38,015 nucleotides of DNA from Candidatus Kapaibacterium sp. (GCA_041688685.1 JBDNHS010000379.1:1-38015), one strand, 5' to 3'; positions 1-9,289 are shown, numbered from the stretch's first letter. The notes: generated by a model from the sequence alone, not told the origin. A program made the numbers and translations.

Positions 1-252
1 AATGTAATTCATTCTATGAAAGAAGGGTTGAAACATTTTAATACAAAAATCAAAAACTTTAGCCAAGGGCATTTGATTGGATTGGAAAGTAGGACATCTT
101 CGCCGATACAAGTAATGAGAGAAAAAGGAGGCAGAGTAGCCAATTATGAGAATTTATACTTTATTGGAGAGGGAAGTGGATATTCTGGTGGGATAACAAG
201 CTCTGCTGCAGAGGGTGTCAAAACGGCAGTATTCATTGCAGAAAATTATTAG
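1..252 (+). CDS. C-terminal end of an FAD-dependent protein (COG2509-like NAD(P)/FAD-dependent oxidoreductase); 5' end lies outside the window
   Basis: Frame 1 is open from base 1. The C-terminal motifs LESRTSSPIQVMR and YFIGEGSGYSGGITSSAAEGVKTA match the conserved tail of this family as I recall it. Confidence 0.6.
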   Translation, partial: NVIHSMKEGLKHFNTKIKNFSQGHLIGLESRTSSPIQVMREKGGRVANYENLYFIGEGSGYSGGITSSAAEGVKTAVFIAENY

Positions 253-316
253 TTGCAAATTATTAGAATATAACAATAATGTAAATTCAAATCACAATCA
301 CAATCTCAAAATACTT

Positions 317-691
317 ATGGATTTTTATAATGTAATATCAAAATATACAGAAAACCAGCAGAATATATTTGAATTTTATAATGATTTATTCTTATCTTAT
401 GACAATATCAAATATAAAACTCGGTATAAAATTCCATTTTATTATGGGAAAACTTGGATTTGTTATTTGTCACCGAAAGGTACAGTAGGGGTTGAATTAT
501 GTTTTCTTCGTCCAATTGATATGAAATTATCAGTGGATAATTTAGACTATAAAGACAGAAAACAAATCGCAGGTATTACTATCGTTGACTTAGACCAAAA
601 GCAAATAAGAGTAATCAAAGAGATTTTTGAAGAAGCGATATTTGTGGACGAAACAATAAAATACACACCCAAAAATAATAGAAAACTATAA
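317..691 (+). CDS. DUF1801 (YdhG-like) domain protein
   Basis: The ORF track gives 215..691, but that start overlaps the upstream CDS by 38 nt. The ATG at 317 (MDFYNVISKY) is the likelier start. The pattern IPFYYGKTWICYLSPKGTVGVELCF followed by an acidic C-terminal helix resembles DUF1801. Confidence 0.45.
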   Translation: MDFYNVISKYTENQQNIFEFYNDLFLSYDNIKYKTRYKIPFYYGKTWICYLSPKGTVGVELCFLRPIDMKLSVDNLDYKDRKQIAGITIVDLDQKQIRVIKEIFEEAIFVDETIKYTPKNNRKL

Positions 692-1047
692 AAATGGTAA
701 TGAGAAATAAAATATAAAACAATAAAAATAGATTTTTATAGTTATTATTTTATCAACTTAGTTTTCTCAAAAAATCAGAAAATAAATATCGTAGTTAAAA
801 TAATAAATATAAAGAACATAGCAAAATCAGTGAGGAGTATTACCGCAATCAAAATGTATTTAAATTAGTATGATTAAAATACAATGATTAAGGCCACAAA
901 TTGTGTTTGTGAAATAGTTATAAAGTTCTTTAATTTTTAAAAGTGTCTTGTAATACCTTTTAAAAATATTAAGCAATGTGTTTGAAAATGAAATAATTTT
1001 ATCAAAATAAAATAAAGTGTCCTAATAAATGGGAGCAGTTCAGAGCA

Positions 1048-1108
1048 GTGCAAGGGAAAAGAGTGTAATTGAGTGCAAAAAATTATTAAATGGGATATTG
1101 TAGAGACG
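1048..1108 (-). repeat. Dispersed intergenic element, copy 1 (related to 12062-12133)
   Basis: The reverse complement aligns with 12062-12133, including the exact 16-mer TGCACTCAATTACACT (1062-1077 rc). See findings. Confidence 0.5.
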
Positions 1109-1170
1109 ACAAGCCGGTAATGTCTATAATTAAAGAAAGACAAAATTCTATCAAGGTTCGTGAGTAATGC

Positions 1171-1205
1171 AAAAAAAAACAGACAATTTTTGTAATTGTC
1201 TGTTT
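1171..1205 (-). terminator. Rho-independent terminator of mdh
   Basis: Perfect 12-bp stem AAACAGACAATT/AATTGTCTGTTT (1177-1188 / 1194-1205) with loop TTTGT. On the minus strand it is followed by a T-run (plus-strand A-run 1171-1179). It lies 37 nt after the mdh stop. Confidence 0.75.
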
Positions 1206-1241
1206 AAAAAAGAGATGTGATTTATATTTGAAAGATATAAA

Positions 1242-2180
1242 TTAGTTCATATTTAACATTACTTTTGCGTCTTCGATTGTTTTCTTAACATGCCCTTGAG
1301 AATCATCTAATAATGCTTTTTCATCTGCATTTAGGTTCAATTCGATGATTTTTTCGACACCACCTTTACCTAAAACAACTGGCACACCCAAACAAACGTC
1401 AGTAAAACCATACTCACCATCTAACATTACTGTACAAGGTAAAATACGTTTTTGGTCTTTGATGATTGCTTCGCACATTTCAACAGCAGCAGTACCAGGA
1501 GCATAATAAGCCGACCCAGTTTGTAAGTAATTTACTATTTCGATTCCACCATTTTTAGCTCTTGTTACTATTGCATCTAATCTTTCTTTTGAGATTAAAT
1601 CAGTAACAGGAATACCACCAACAGTTGTAAATCTCGGAAGTGGCACCATTGTATCGCCGTGTCCACCTAATAATTGAGATTGAATGTCTTTCATCGAATA
1701 ACCAGTTTCCATTGAGATAAACGAGTTATAACGTGCTGTATCCAAAATACCAGCCATACCTATAACTTTATGTCTTGGTAAGCCAGAAACTTTTAGAGCT
1801 ACGTAAGTCATTACATCTAAAGGATTAGAAACAATAATCAAATAAGCATTTGGAGAATATTTTACTGCTTGGCTGATACAATCAGAAACAATACTAGCAT
1901 TTTTAACTACCAAATCGTCTCTTGTCATACCTGGTTTACGAGCCAAACCTGCAGTCATTACGATAATATCAGAATTTGCAGTTTCAGCATAGTCAGATGT
2001 ACCGTAAATACGAGTATCTGTACCTAAAATAGGCATAGTCTCGTACAAATCTAAAGCTTTACCTTTGGCAACACCTTCTGATACATCTAATAACCATACT
2101 TCGTTTACTAATTCTTTTACTGCAAGCATTTGTGCTGCACACGCACCAACATTACCAGCGCCAATTACTGTAATTTTCAT
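1242..2180 (-). CDS. mdh: Malate dehydrogenase, LDH-like NAD-dependent type
   Basis: 312 aa. N-terminal Rossmann motif MKITVIGAGNVG, substrate loop TAGLARKPGMTRDDL, catalytic region LGGHGDTMVP. Length and motifs are typical of LDH-like MDH in Bacteroidota/Chlorobi-type lineages. Confidence 0.95.
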   Translation of the reverse strand: MKITVIGAGNVGACAAQMLAVKELVNEVWLLDVSEGVAKGKALDLYETMPILGTDTRIYGTSDYAETANSDIIVMTAGLARKPGMTRDDLVVKNASIVSDCISQAVKYSPNAYLIIVSNPLDVMTYVALKVSGLPRHKVIGMAGILDTARYNSFISMETGYSMKDIQSQLLGGHGDTMVPLPRFTTVGGIPVTDLISKERLDAIVTRAKNGGIEIVNYLQTGSAYYAPGTAAVEMCEAIIKDQKRILPCTVMLDGEYGFTDVCLGVPVVLGKGGVEKIIELNLNADEKALLDDSQGHVKKTIEDAKVMLNMN

Positions 2181-2339
2181 TTAAAATCCCTATAAGTTTT
2201 GAAAGTTGATTTATTTATTAATTATTTATTTTTATTAAAAATATTTTAATTTAATGACTTATAATAACACAATATTACAAAATTATTGAAAATAAAATTA
2301 ACAATCACAATTATTTTAAAAATTGTTTATTATGTTTAT

Positions 2340-2371
2340 TTTGTTTATGTAGTTATTGTTTGTTAAGTTTG
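2340..2371 (+). promoter_or_regulatory. Candidate Bacteroidota-type sigma-A promoter for the 2412 ORF
   Basis: TTTG (2340-2343), 20-nt spacer, then TAAGTTTG (2364-2371), an exact fit to the TAnnTTTG -7 consensus. It lies 41 nt upstream of the ATG at 2412. Confidence 0.35.
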
Positions 2372-2411
2372 GGAAAGTTATTATCAAATTAATTATTTCA
2401 GATAGGGAAAT

Positions 2412-3062
2412 ATGAAAAATCCAAATTTTGTTTTTGTAGTAAAAAATAAACTTCTTATAATATCGCTAAAAATCGCAGTGATAGTTTTGGCTGTAAATAT
2501 AAATATTATGCCATCATTTGCAATTCAAGAAAATGAAAAGTTGGAATTAGTGATGCAAGAAAATGCAACAACTCTAAACAACGATTCAACTATATCGGGG
2601 GAGATAAGTTTTCAACCAGAAAATAGCGAAGTGATAAGAAGACATATATCATTACCACCAAGATATTTTATTGGAGCTAGACTTGGATTCACTTCGGGAA
2701 GTGGTGTATCTTTTGGTATGGATAGAATCATTGATAAATTTTCCGCTGAGGGAACTCTTTTTTTATTAAAATCCAACAATTTTTCTGTTTATTCAGTTGG
2801 TGGTAGTTTAAAATATGCACTTATTGATGAAGAGAAACGACATCTTTATCTAAATTATGGATTAAGTTATAATTATTGGTCTGTAAATAAAAATGACAAC
2901 AAACTAAGTTCACCTTTTAGAACTGGTTTGGGACTTGGTTATATGCAGTTTTTTAGTAATAATTTTGCTTATGATTTATCAATTTTAGCAACTTATTTTA
3001 CCGGTGACGCAACTATTTATCCTGTACCACAGGTTAGTATTCAATATCATTTTAAAGACTGA
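2412..3062 (+). CDS. Hypothetical secreted protein, possibly a small outer-membrane beta-barrel (porin-family-like)
   Basis: N-terminal hydrophobic signal-like segment ending SFA/IQE. The C-terminal 140 aa show alternating aromatic/Gly-rich strands (GARLGFTSGSG, YSVGGSLKYAL, GLGLGYMQFF). No specific family recognised. Confidence 0.4.
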   Translation: MKNPNFVFVVKNKLLIISLKIAVIVLAVNINIMPSFAIQENEKLELVMQENATTLNNDSTISGEISFQPENSEVIRRHISLPPRYFIGARLGFTSGSGVSFGMDRIIDKFSAEGTLFLLKSNNFSVYSVGGSLKYALIDEEKRHLYLNYGLSYNYWSVNKNDNKLSSPFRTGLGLGYMQFFSNNFAYDLSILATYFTGDATIYPVPQVSIQYHFKD

Positions 3063-3103
3063 GTTTAACATCTAATTCTCTCTAAAAATAAAAATATTTT
3101 TAA

Positions 3104-3139
3104 CAAAAAAAAGCATTAATAAAATTAATGCTTTTTTTG
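3104..3139. terminator. Bidirectional rho-independent terminator between the convergent 2412 ORF and the PiT gene
   Basis: Perfect 10-bp stem AAGCATTAAT/ATTAATGCTT (3111-3120 / 3124-3133) with loop AAA. It is flanked by an A-run (3104-3110) and a T-run (3134-3139). Confidence 0.7.
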
Positions 3140-3183
3140 TTTTTACTCTTTTTAAGTAGTATTTTAGTTCGATTATTTTTAGT

Positions 3184-5454
3184 TTATAAAATTTCTACTT
3201 CATTTTGTATGTTTTTTATAGAGTCGCAGATTTTTTTACAACTTTCGCTTATTCTCTCAGCGTCATTAAGCAAACTAATATACAACATACTTCTTCTTAC
3301 ATTACTTGTAGCTTTTTTGACACGTTTAATTTGATTTTTGTTGAATCTTGTAGTAAGATTATTGAGTTCTTTATAATATTCTGCTAATTCAGTTAAAGTT
3401 CCCTCATCGTTTGTAGCAATATATTTTATAGTCAAGTCCAATATAGATTGGAATTGTAAAACTATTTGATTAAACTCCTCCATCTGTATTTCAACTAATG
3501 AAACGTGATTATTATCTACATAATTAAAACATTGATTGGTCACTTGACTTAATCTATCATAAATTTCTTGTAAAGCAATAGTTAATTTAGAAAGGTTATA
3601 ATGCAATTCAGGGTCAGCATCATTCTCTTTTTTCATATAAGTTAATATCTTAGCCATTACTGCGTTTGACAAATCATTTGTTTTTTTAGCTCGTTTTTTA
3701 TTTTTCTTTAATTCTAATAAATTTTCTTCTTTTAGGTGTAGATAATTATTATGGAATATATCTCTTACTTCACCAAGATAAAAAATCAAATCTTCACTAA
3801 TAAGATTTAGTCTGTTATTTTGTTGTACTTTTGCATCAGAATACTTTGATCTCAATTCTATTTTTTCTAATTCTCTTGTTTTGTGATTTAAACTATTTTT
3901 GTATAATAAATAAATAGACCCAGCAAACAAAACAATAGCTGCCACAACTCCACCAAAGTAAATAATAGTAGCAACTATCATCGCCAAAAAAGAAGCCGAA
4001 AAAGCTGTCAAAAACCATCCACCAATAACATTAATCACACCAGCAACTCTATATACAGCACTATCTCTTCCCCAAGCTTTATCCGGAAGTGCGGCTGCCA
4101 TTGCTACAATGAACGTAACATAAGTAGTTGAAAGAGGTAATTTGAATGAAGTACCAAGTGAAATTAAAGCAGCAGATACCATTAATATTACCGAAGCTCT
4201 GATAAGGTCAAACGATTGTTTTTCGCCTTTTTCATTTACTTCTGGTATATAGTCCTTAGTATCAAATCGAGATTTAGAGTATTTAACAATTGATTTAGGT
4301 AAAATATTTTTAATAACTTTAGATGCATTCAAAGACATACGAACTATAATTCTTGCCAAATAATTAGATTCAAATTGCTCAAATCCTTCAGTTTGTTTAG
4401 TAAGATTAAGACTTGTTTCTATTACTGTTTTTGATTTTTTAGAAAGAAATAATGTAGCAACCATTATACCACCACAGACTAACATTAGCCAAGTTTCGAT
4501 GTGTACTTTGCCATTCAGAAAAACAAGTGGTTCGTTTATTAATTCAGTATTTGCTGCGATATGATTGTATGCCATTAATCCAGCAATTGGTGCACCCATA
4601 AAATTCACTAAATCATTTGCAGCGAATGCAAGTGCAAGAGCAAAAGTACCAAATAAAACGATAAATTTTAATACATTGTAATTGGTAAACCACATTATAC
4701 ATTGTGTGAAAATTGACCAAAAAACTAATAAAATTAGAAGAATTAATTTTGTATGTGCAGCAATCCAAGTGGTATTTTCAACAGTAAGGAAAGTAGCTCC
4801 TTTCAAACCTTTTATGATAAGGAAATAACTCAGACTTGTAAGTGCAACTCCTGCCCAAATAGAACCAATTTTTTTAAAATTTGGTTTGTAATTGAATGTA
4901 AAAATAAACCTTGTAATGTATTGAACTATAGCACTAACTGTGAATGCAAGAACAATTGAAACCAATATAGCACTTGCAAATAATAGTACGTTCGCACTAT
5001 TAATATAATTAAAAATCAAAGAATAGTCTTGCCCAGTAGCTCCTAATTTTAATAATCCAACTGCTAATGAGCCACCAAGCAAACCAAAAATCATAGTTAC
5101 AGTAGTTGAGGTAGGCATTCCATAAGCATTAAATAAATCTAATAACACAACATCTTGAATCATTAGTGCCACAAAAATTATCAAAACTTCAGAGAGCGTA
5201 AAAAATGAAGGATTAAACACTCCTTTCCTGGCGACTTCCATCATACCACCCGAAAGAGTAACTCCACACAGTATTCCAATAGATGCAAAAATTAGTATTG
5301 TTCTTAATGGGGCTGCGTGTGCTCCAACTGCTGAATTTAAAAAATTAACAGCATCGTTTGCAACACCTACAGTTAAGTCAATTACAGCTAATATAATTAG
5401 TATAATGACGAAGATTAAATATATCTCCATTCTACTCTCAAATATGTTAAACAA
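3184..5454 (-). CDS. PiT-family inorganic phosphate transporter (PHO4 domain) with a ~238-aa soluble helical C-terminal tail (PhoU-like by inference)
   Basis: 756 aa. Motif GVANDAVNFLNSAVG near the N-terminus and its duplicated counterpart FAANDLVNFMGAPIAG mid-protein are the PiT signature repeats. There are many TM segments up to about aa 518, then a K/E/N-rich helical tail. The alternative start ATG at 5430 (MEIYLIF) is equally plausible. Confidence 0.85.
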   Translation of the reverse strand: MFNIFESRMEIYLIFVIILIILAVIDLTVGVANDAVNFLNSAVGAHAAPLRTILIFASIGILCGVTLSGGMMEVARKGVFNPSFFTLSEVLIIFVALMIQDVVLLDLFNAYGMPTSTTVTMIFGLLGGSLAVGLLKLGATGQDYSLIFNYINSANVLLFASAILVSIVLAFTVSAIVQYITRFIFTFNYKPNFKKIGSIWAGVALTSLSYFLIIKGLKGATFLTVENTTWIAAHTKLILLILLVFWSIFTQCIMWFTNYNVLKFIVLFGTFALALAFAANDLVNFMGAPIAGLMAYNHIAANTELINEPLVFLNGKVHIETWLMLVCGGIMVATLFLSKKSKTVIETSLNLTKQTEGFEQFESNYLARIIVRMSLNASKVIKNILPKSIVKYSKSRFDTKDYIPEVNEKGEKQSFDLIRASVILMVSAALISLGTSFKLPLSTTYVTFIVAMAAALPDKAWGRDSAVYRVAGVINVIGGWFLTAFSASFLAMIVATIIYFGGVVAAIVLFAGSIYLLYKNSLNHKTRELEKIELRSKYSDAKVQQNNRLNLISEDLIFYLGEVRDIFHNNYLHLKEENLLELKKNKKRAKKTNDLSNAVMAKILTYMKKENDADPELHYNLSKLTIALQEIYDRLSQVTNQCFNYVDNNHVSLVEIQMEEFNQIVLQFQSILDLTIKYIATNDEGTLTELAEYYKELNNLTTRFNKNQIKRVKKATSNVRRSMLYISLLNDAERISESCKKICDSIKNIQNEVEIL

Positions 5455-5556
5455 AATTTAATTTTAGATTTCTTTTTCTATAAAAAATTCTATTATTAAA
5501 CAAAATTAAAAAAAATGTTTCAATTTATTGCTATGTAAAGTTTTGCAAACACATAA

Positions 5557-5663
5557 TTAACACAATCTTAACAAATACAAAAAGCACAATATACAGTTGT
5601 AGCATAGTTTGTAAGGGATTTTCAATAAAAAATATAATTTTCTTAACGCAATCTTAACAATTC
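5557..5663. promoter_or_regulatory. Two copies of a 19-bp box, each containing TTAACN-N5-TTAACA direct half-sites (Pho-box-like)
   Basis: TTAACA at 5557-5562 and 5568-5573. TTAACG at 5643-5648 and TTAACA at 5654-5659. The boxes AACACAATCTTAACAAAT and AACGCAATCTTAACAATT are 86 bp apart, 100-230 bp upstream of the PiT start. Confidence 0.25.
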
Positions 5664-5706
5664 AAAAATCGTAAATTCTCTTATGATATTGACAATTAAA
5701 ACAAAC

Positions 5707-6900
5707 TCACTTTTTTAAATAAATATTTTCTATTAATTCACAAAAAAGAAATGTAATGCTATCACAAATAGCATATCCTTTATTAGTAAGAGATATTATA
5801 TTATTTTCTTTAATGTTCTCTTGAATAATATATCCATCATTTACTAATTTTGCAATTTTAGTATTTAAAAACAAAGTTTCAATTTGAGCTAATGTAATTG
5901 AATAATCATTTTGTAGTCTACTTAAGTCCAGTCCAGTGGCTCTAATCGACAAAAATATTCTCTCGTTCAATCGAGCTAATTCATTGTGTTGAGTATTCTT
6001 TTCAATTGGTAATAAGTTTTCATCAATTTTTTCATAATATTTATTCAAATTACTAAAGTTATTAAATCTATAATCACCTAAATTACCGTGAGACGATACC
6101 CCAAAAGCAAAATATTCTCCAGAATTCCAAGCTGCTAAATTGTGTTTACAGTATTTTTTATCTTTAGCAAAATTAGATACTTCATATTGTTCAAATCCAT
6201 TTTCAGCATTACGATTTATGGTATATTCATAGTATTTGGCATCGGTATCATCGCTAACTTTTTGGACTTTCCCACTTTTCCAGTCTTTGTACAATGGAGT
6301 ACCTTTTTCATACATTAGAGAATATGCCGAGATGTGGTGTGTATTTAGGGACAAAGCCATATCTAAATTATATTGCCAACTTTCCAAAGTTTGCTCTGGA
6401 ATAGAAAATATCAAATCTAAATTTATATTATCAAATCCAGACTTATGTGCATTTTCAATTGCTTTGATTGCTCCACGAGGAGAATGACTTCTTTTCAAAA
6501 ATCCAAGTTCTTGTTTATTAAAAGATTGAACTCCAATACTTATTCTATTTACTCCCAATTGTCTATAACTAATTAAATTATCATAAGTTATAGAACCAGG
6601 ATTTGATTCGAAACTAAATTCCAAATTTTCAGAAAGTAGATATTTTTCATTTAGTTTATTTACGATTTTTTCTAATTGATTTGGGGAGAGTAAAGACGGA
6701 GTGCCACCACCAATATAAATTGAACTTAATTCGGACTTATAATATTTTTTATAATTTAATTCTGACAAAAAAAACAAATCAATTTCTTTGCAAAGATAAT
6801 TCACATACTTATCAATGTTACTGACGTTTTTATCGACAAAAAAATCACAGTAATGACAAATTTTGGTACAAAAAGGAATATGGATATAAAGTCCGTACAT
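5707..6900 (-). CDS. hemW: Radical SAM heme chaperone HemW (HemN-like, oxygen-independent coproporphyrinogen oxidase family)
   Basis: 397 aa. N-terminal YIHIPFCTKICHYCDF (CxxxCxxC radical-SAM cluster), GGGTPS motif, and HemN_C-like tail. Confidence 0.85.
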   Translation of the reverse strand: MYGLYIHIPFCTKICHYCDFFVDKNVSNIDKYVNYLCKEIDLFFLSELNYKKYYKSELSSIYIGGGTPSLLSPNQLEKIVNKLNEKYLLSENLEFSFESNPGSITYDNLISYRQLGVNRISIGVQSFNKQELGFLKRSHSPRGAIKAIENAHKSGFDNINLDLIFSIPEQTLESWQYNLDMALSLNTHHISAYSLMYEKGTPLYKDWKSGKVQKVSDDTDAKYYEYTINRNAENGFEQYEVSNFAKDKKYCKHNLAAWNSGEYFAFGVSSHGNLGDYRFNNFSNLNKYYEKIDENLLPIEKNTQHNELARLNERIFLSIRATGLDLSRLQNDYSITLAQIETLFLNTKIAKLVNDGYIIQENIKENNIISLTNKGYAICDSITFLFCELIENIYLKK

Positions 6901-7270
6901 ATTTTCGGATTAGTTATTAAACATTAAGCAAAAATAAGAAAAAAAGAAATGTTATTGGAATATAAATTATATAAAAAAATCTGAAAACTTGATTTTATAT
7001 TTTTCATACTATTTTTCTTATTCGAATATCTTGACAATATCTTTTCACAAAAATTCAACTATACACAAATTTTTTATCTGATTTATTCCTATTTCCTATT
7101 TATTTATTAAATTGTAGGTGGAAAGTTGTGTGTTTTGCATAAAATATACTTCTAAATACGACTTTTTAGGGCTGATTTTTGATTATTCTATTTGATTACG
7201 ATTTATAGATTAAGCAAATATTATAACTAAAGTAAGACAAAAATAATTATAATTAAATTTAAGTGATATT

Positions 7271-9289
7271 ATGGAATTTGGATTAAAAAATATAATCTTC
7301 ATTATTGTTTTCGCAGGTGCAATAGCCCTCTTTACTAAAAATGCTTTAAGATTGATATCTTATCTTAAATTAGCAAAACCCGATAATAAACGATTCGAAA
7401 ATATTGGTGCAAGAATTAAACAAACTTTCATTATTGCCATTGCTCAAAAGAAAATACTAAGAGATAAAGCCGCTGGTCCAATCCACGCAGGTATTTTTTG
7501 GGGATTTTTGATTTTACTATTTGCTGCTACCAACTCAATTTTCTCTGGTTTTGGGTTTATTGACGTTTTTAGTTTTTTAGGACCTATATTCTCTGTTATA
7601 ACTATACTTACAGATATATTTATATTGATAATAATGGTATTAGTTATTGGAGCTTTGTATAGAAGATATGTGCTGAAAGTTAAAAGATTACAAAGAGATA
7701 AACACGAAGCAATCGAAGCCGGGGCAATTCTTGCAACTATATTTTTTATTGTAACATCGCTAATGTTAGAAAATGCAAGTGGCATAGCAATGGGCGAAAA
7801 CGGTAATTACGCAATCCGACCTATTGCCCAAGTAATTGCTTTGGGGATATCGCCAGATATTGCTCCGATACTATATGATATATTTTGGTGGATTCATATT
7901 ATTTTGATTTTAGCATTTATGAATTATCTGCCTTATTCAAAGCATCTACATGTATTGACATCAGTAATTAATGTGTATTTTTCAAGTCTTCATATTCCAA
8001 ATGCACTTGATAAAATTGATTTTGAAGAAGAAGGAGTCGAAAAATTCGGTATAGTTGATATTCAAGATTTCAGTTGGAAAACTATATTGGATTCGTACAC
8101 TTGTACGGAGTGTGGTAGATGTACTTCAGTTTGCCCTGCCAATTTAACAGGCAAAATACTTGACCCTAGAGAGATTATAGTTCAAGTTAGAAAAAGAACT
8201 ATGGAAGTAGCTCCGATAATGATTAAACAAAAAGAAAATCCTGAAGTAGTGCTTACAGAAGAAGAAAACATCATACTTAATAAAAAATTAATTGGTGATT
8301 ATGTAAATCCAGAAGCACTTTGGCAATGCACTTCTTGTTCAGCGTGTATGCTGGAATGTCCGGTTAATATCGAACACGTACCTGCAATTATAGGTATGAG
8401 ACGCTCGCTTGTAATGATGGAATCGGAATTCCCGCCACAATTACAGTTAGCATTCACAAATATTGAGAATAATTCTTCTCCTTGGGCTTTCCCAACCTCA
8501 GAAAGAGCAGATTGGGCAGAAGGTTTGGGTATAGAAGAGGCATCTATAAAAGGCGAATTTGATGTATTGTTTTGGGTGGGTTGTGCTGGTAGTTTTGATG
8601 ATAGAAGTAAAAAAATATCGGTTGCTTTTAGTAAATTAATGCAAAAAGCTGGTGTTGATTTTGCAATACTTGGTAGAGAAGAAAATTGTAATGGTGATGT
8701 TGCACGTAGGGCGGGAAATGAATATTTGGCTGATGGTTATGTTAAAATGAACATAGAAACTATGGGTCAATATAAATTCAACAAAATTGTGGCTACTTGC
8801 CCTCACTGCTTTAATACATTAAAAAATGAATACCCACAATTTGGTGGTAATTTCGAGGTAATTCACCATACCGAATTTATTGACCAATTAATTAATGAAG
8901 GTAGGATACAAGTCAGTGAAGAAACCAAAAAATCACTTAATGTTGTTTATCACGATTCTTGTTATGTTGGTAGATTGAATGATATTTACGAAGAGCCACG
9001 AAATATATTAAAAGGCGTTAAAGGGTTAAATGTAATTGAACCAGAAAGAAGCAAAGATAAAGGTTTATGTTGTGGTGCCGGTGGTGCTCAGATGTTTATG
9101 GAAGAGACAGAAGGGAAGCGAGTTAATATTGAGAGAACTGAGGAGTTATTAGCCACTGGAGCTAAAACAATCGCTGTAAATTGTCCATTCTGTATGACTA
9201 TGATTAGTGATGGAGTAAAAGCTAAAGAAGTTGACGATGTGGTAGTAAAAGACATCTCAGAAATCATATTAGAAAGCATAGAAGGGTAG
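7271..9289 (+). CDS. Membrane-anchored (Fe-S)-binding oxidoreductase, HdrD/GlpC/EtfD-like (TM domain + 2x[4Fe-4S] + two CCG domains)
   Basis: 672 aa. About 5-6 N-terminal TM helices. Ferredoxin motifs CTECGRCTSVCP and CTSCSACMLECP. Cys-rich CCG-type segments VGCAGSF, CPHCFNTL, HDSCYVGR, LCCGAGG and NCPFCMTM. Confidence 0.8.
   Translation: MEFGLKNIIFIIVFAGAIALFTKNALRLISYLKLAKPDNKRFENIGARIKQTFIIAIAQKKILRDKAAGPIHAGIFWGFLILLFAATNSIFSGFGFIDVFSFLGPIFSVITILTDIFILIIMVLVIGALYRRYVLKVKRLQRDKHEAIEAGAILATIFFIVTSLMLENASGIAMGENGNYAIRPIAQVIALGISPDIAPILYDIFWWIHIILILAFMNYLPYSKHLHVLTSVINVYFSSLHIPNALDKIDFEEEGVEKFGIVDIQDFSWKTILDSYTCTECGRCTSVCPANLTGKILDPREIIVQVRKRTMEVAPIMIKQKENPEVVLTEEENIILNKKLIGDYVNPEALWQCTSCSACMLECPVNIEHVPAIIGMRRSLVMMESEFPPQLQLAFTNIENNSSPWAFPTSERADWAEGLGIEEASIKGEFDVLFWVGCAGSFDDRSKKISVAFSKLMQKAGVDFAILGREENCNGDVARRAGNEYLADGYVKMNIETMGQYKFNKIVATCPHCFNTLKNEYPQFGGNFEVIHHTEFIDQLINEGRIQVSEETKKSLNVVYHDSCYVGRLNDIYEEPRNILKGVKGLNVIEPERSKDKGLCCGAGGAQMFMEETEGKRVNIERTEELLATGAKTIAVNCPFCMTMISDGVKAKEVDDVVVKDISEIILESIEG

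Noticed and set aside
215-316. A longer form of the DUF1801 ORF starting at 215.
   Set aside because: It overlaps the preceding CDS by 38 nt. The extra 34 aa are low-complexity sequence (NNNVNSNHNHN), and the ATG at 317 gives a normal-length domain protein.
937-1143. A 68-aa minus-strand ORF in the DUF1801/mdh spacer.
   Set aside because: It has no recognisable motif. It overlaps the repeat element, its composition looks noncoding (F/I/L/H-rich from AT-rich DNA), and the frame is not conserved with the related 12018..12302 ORF.
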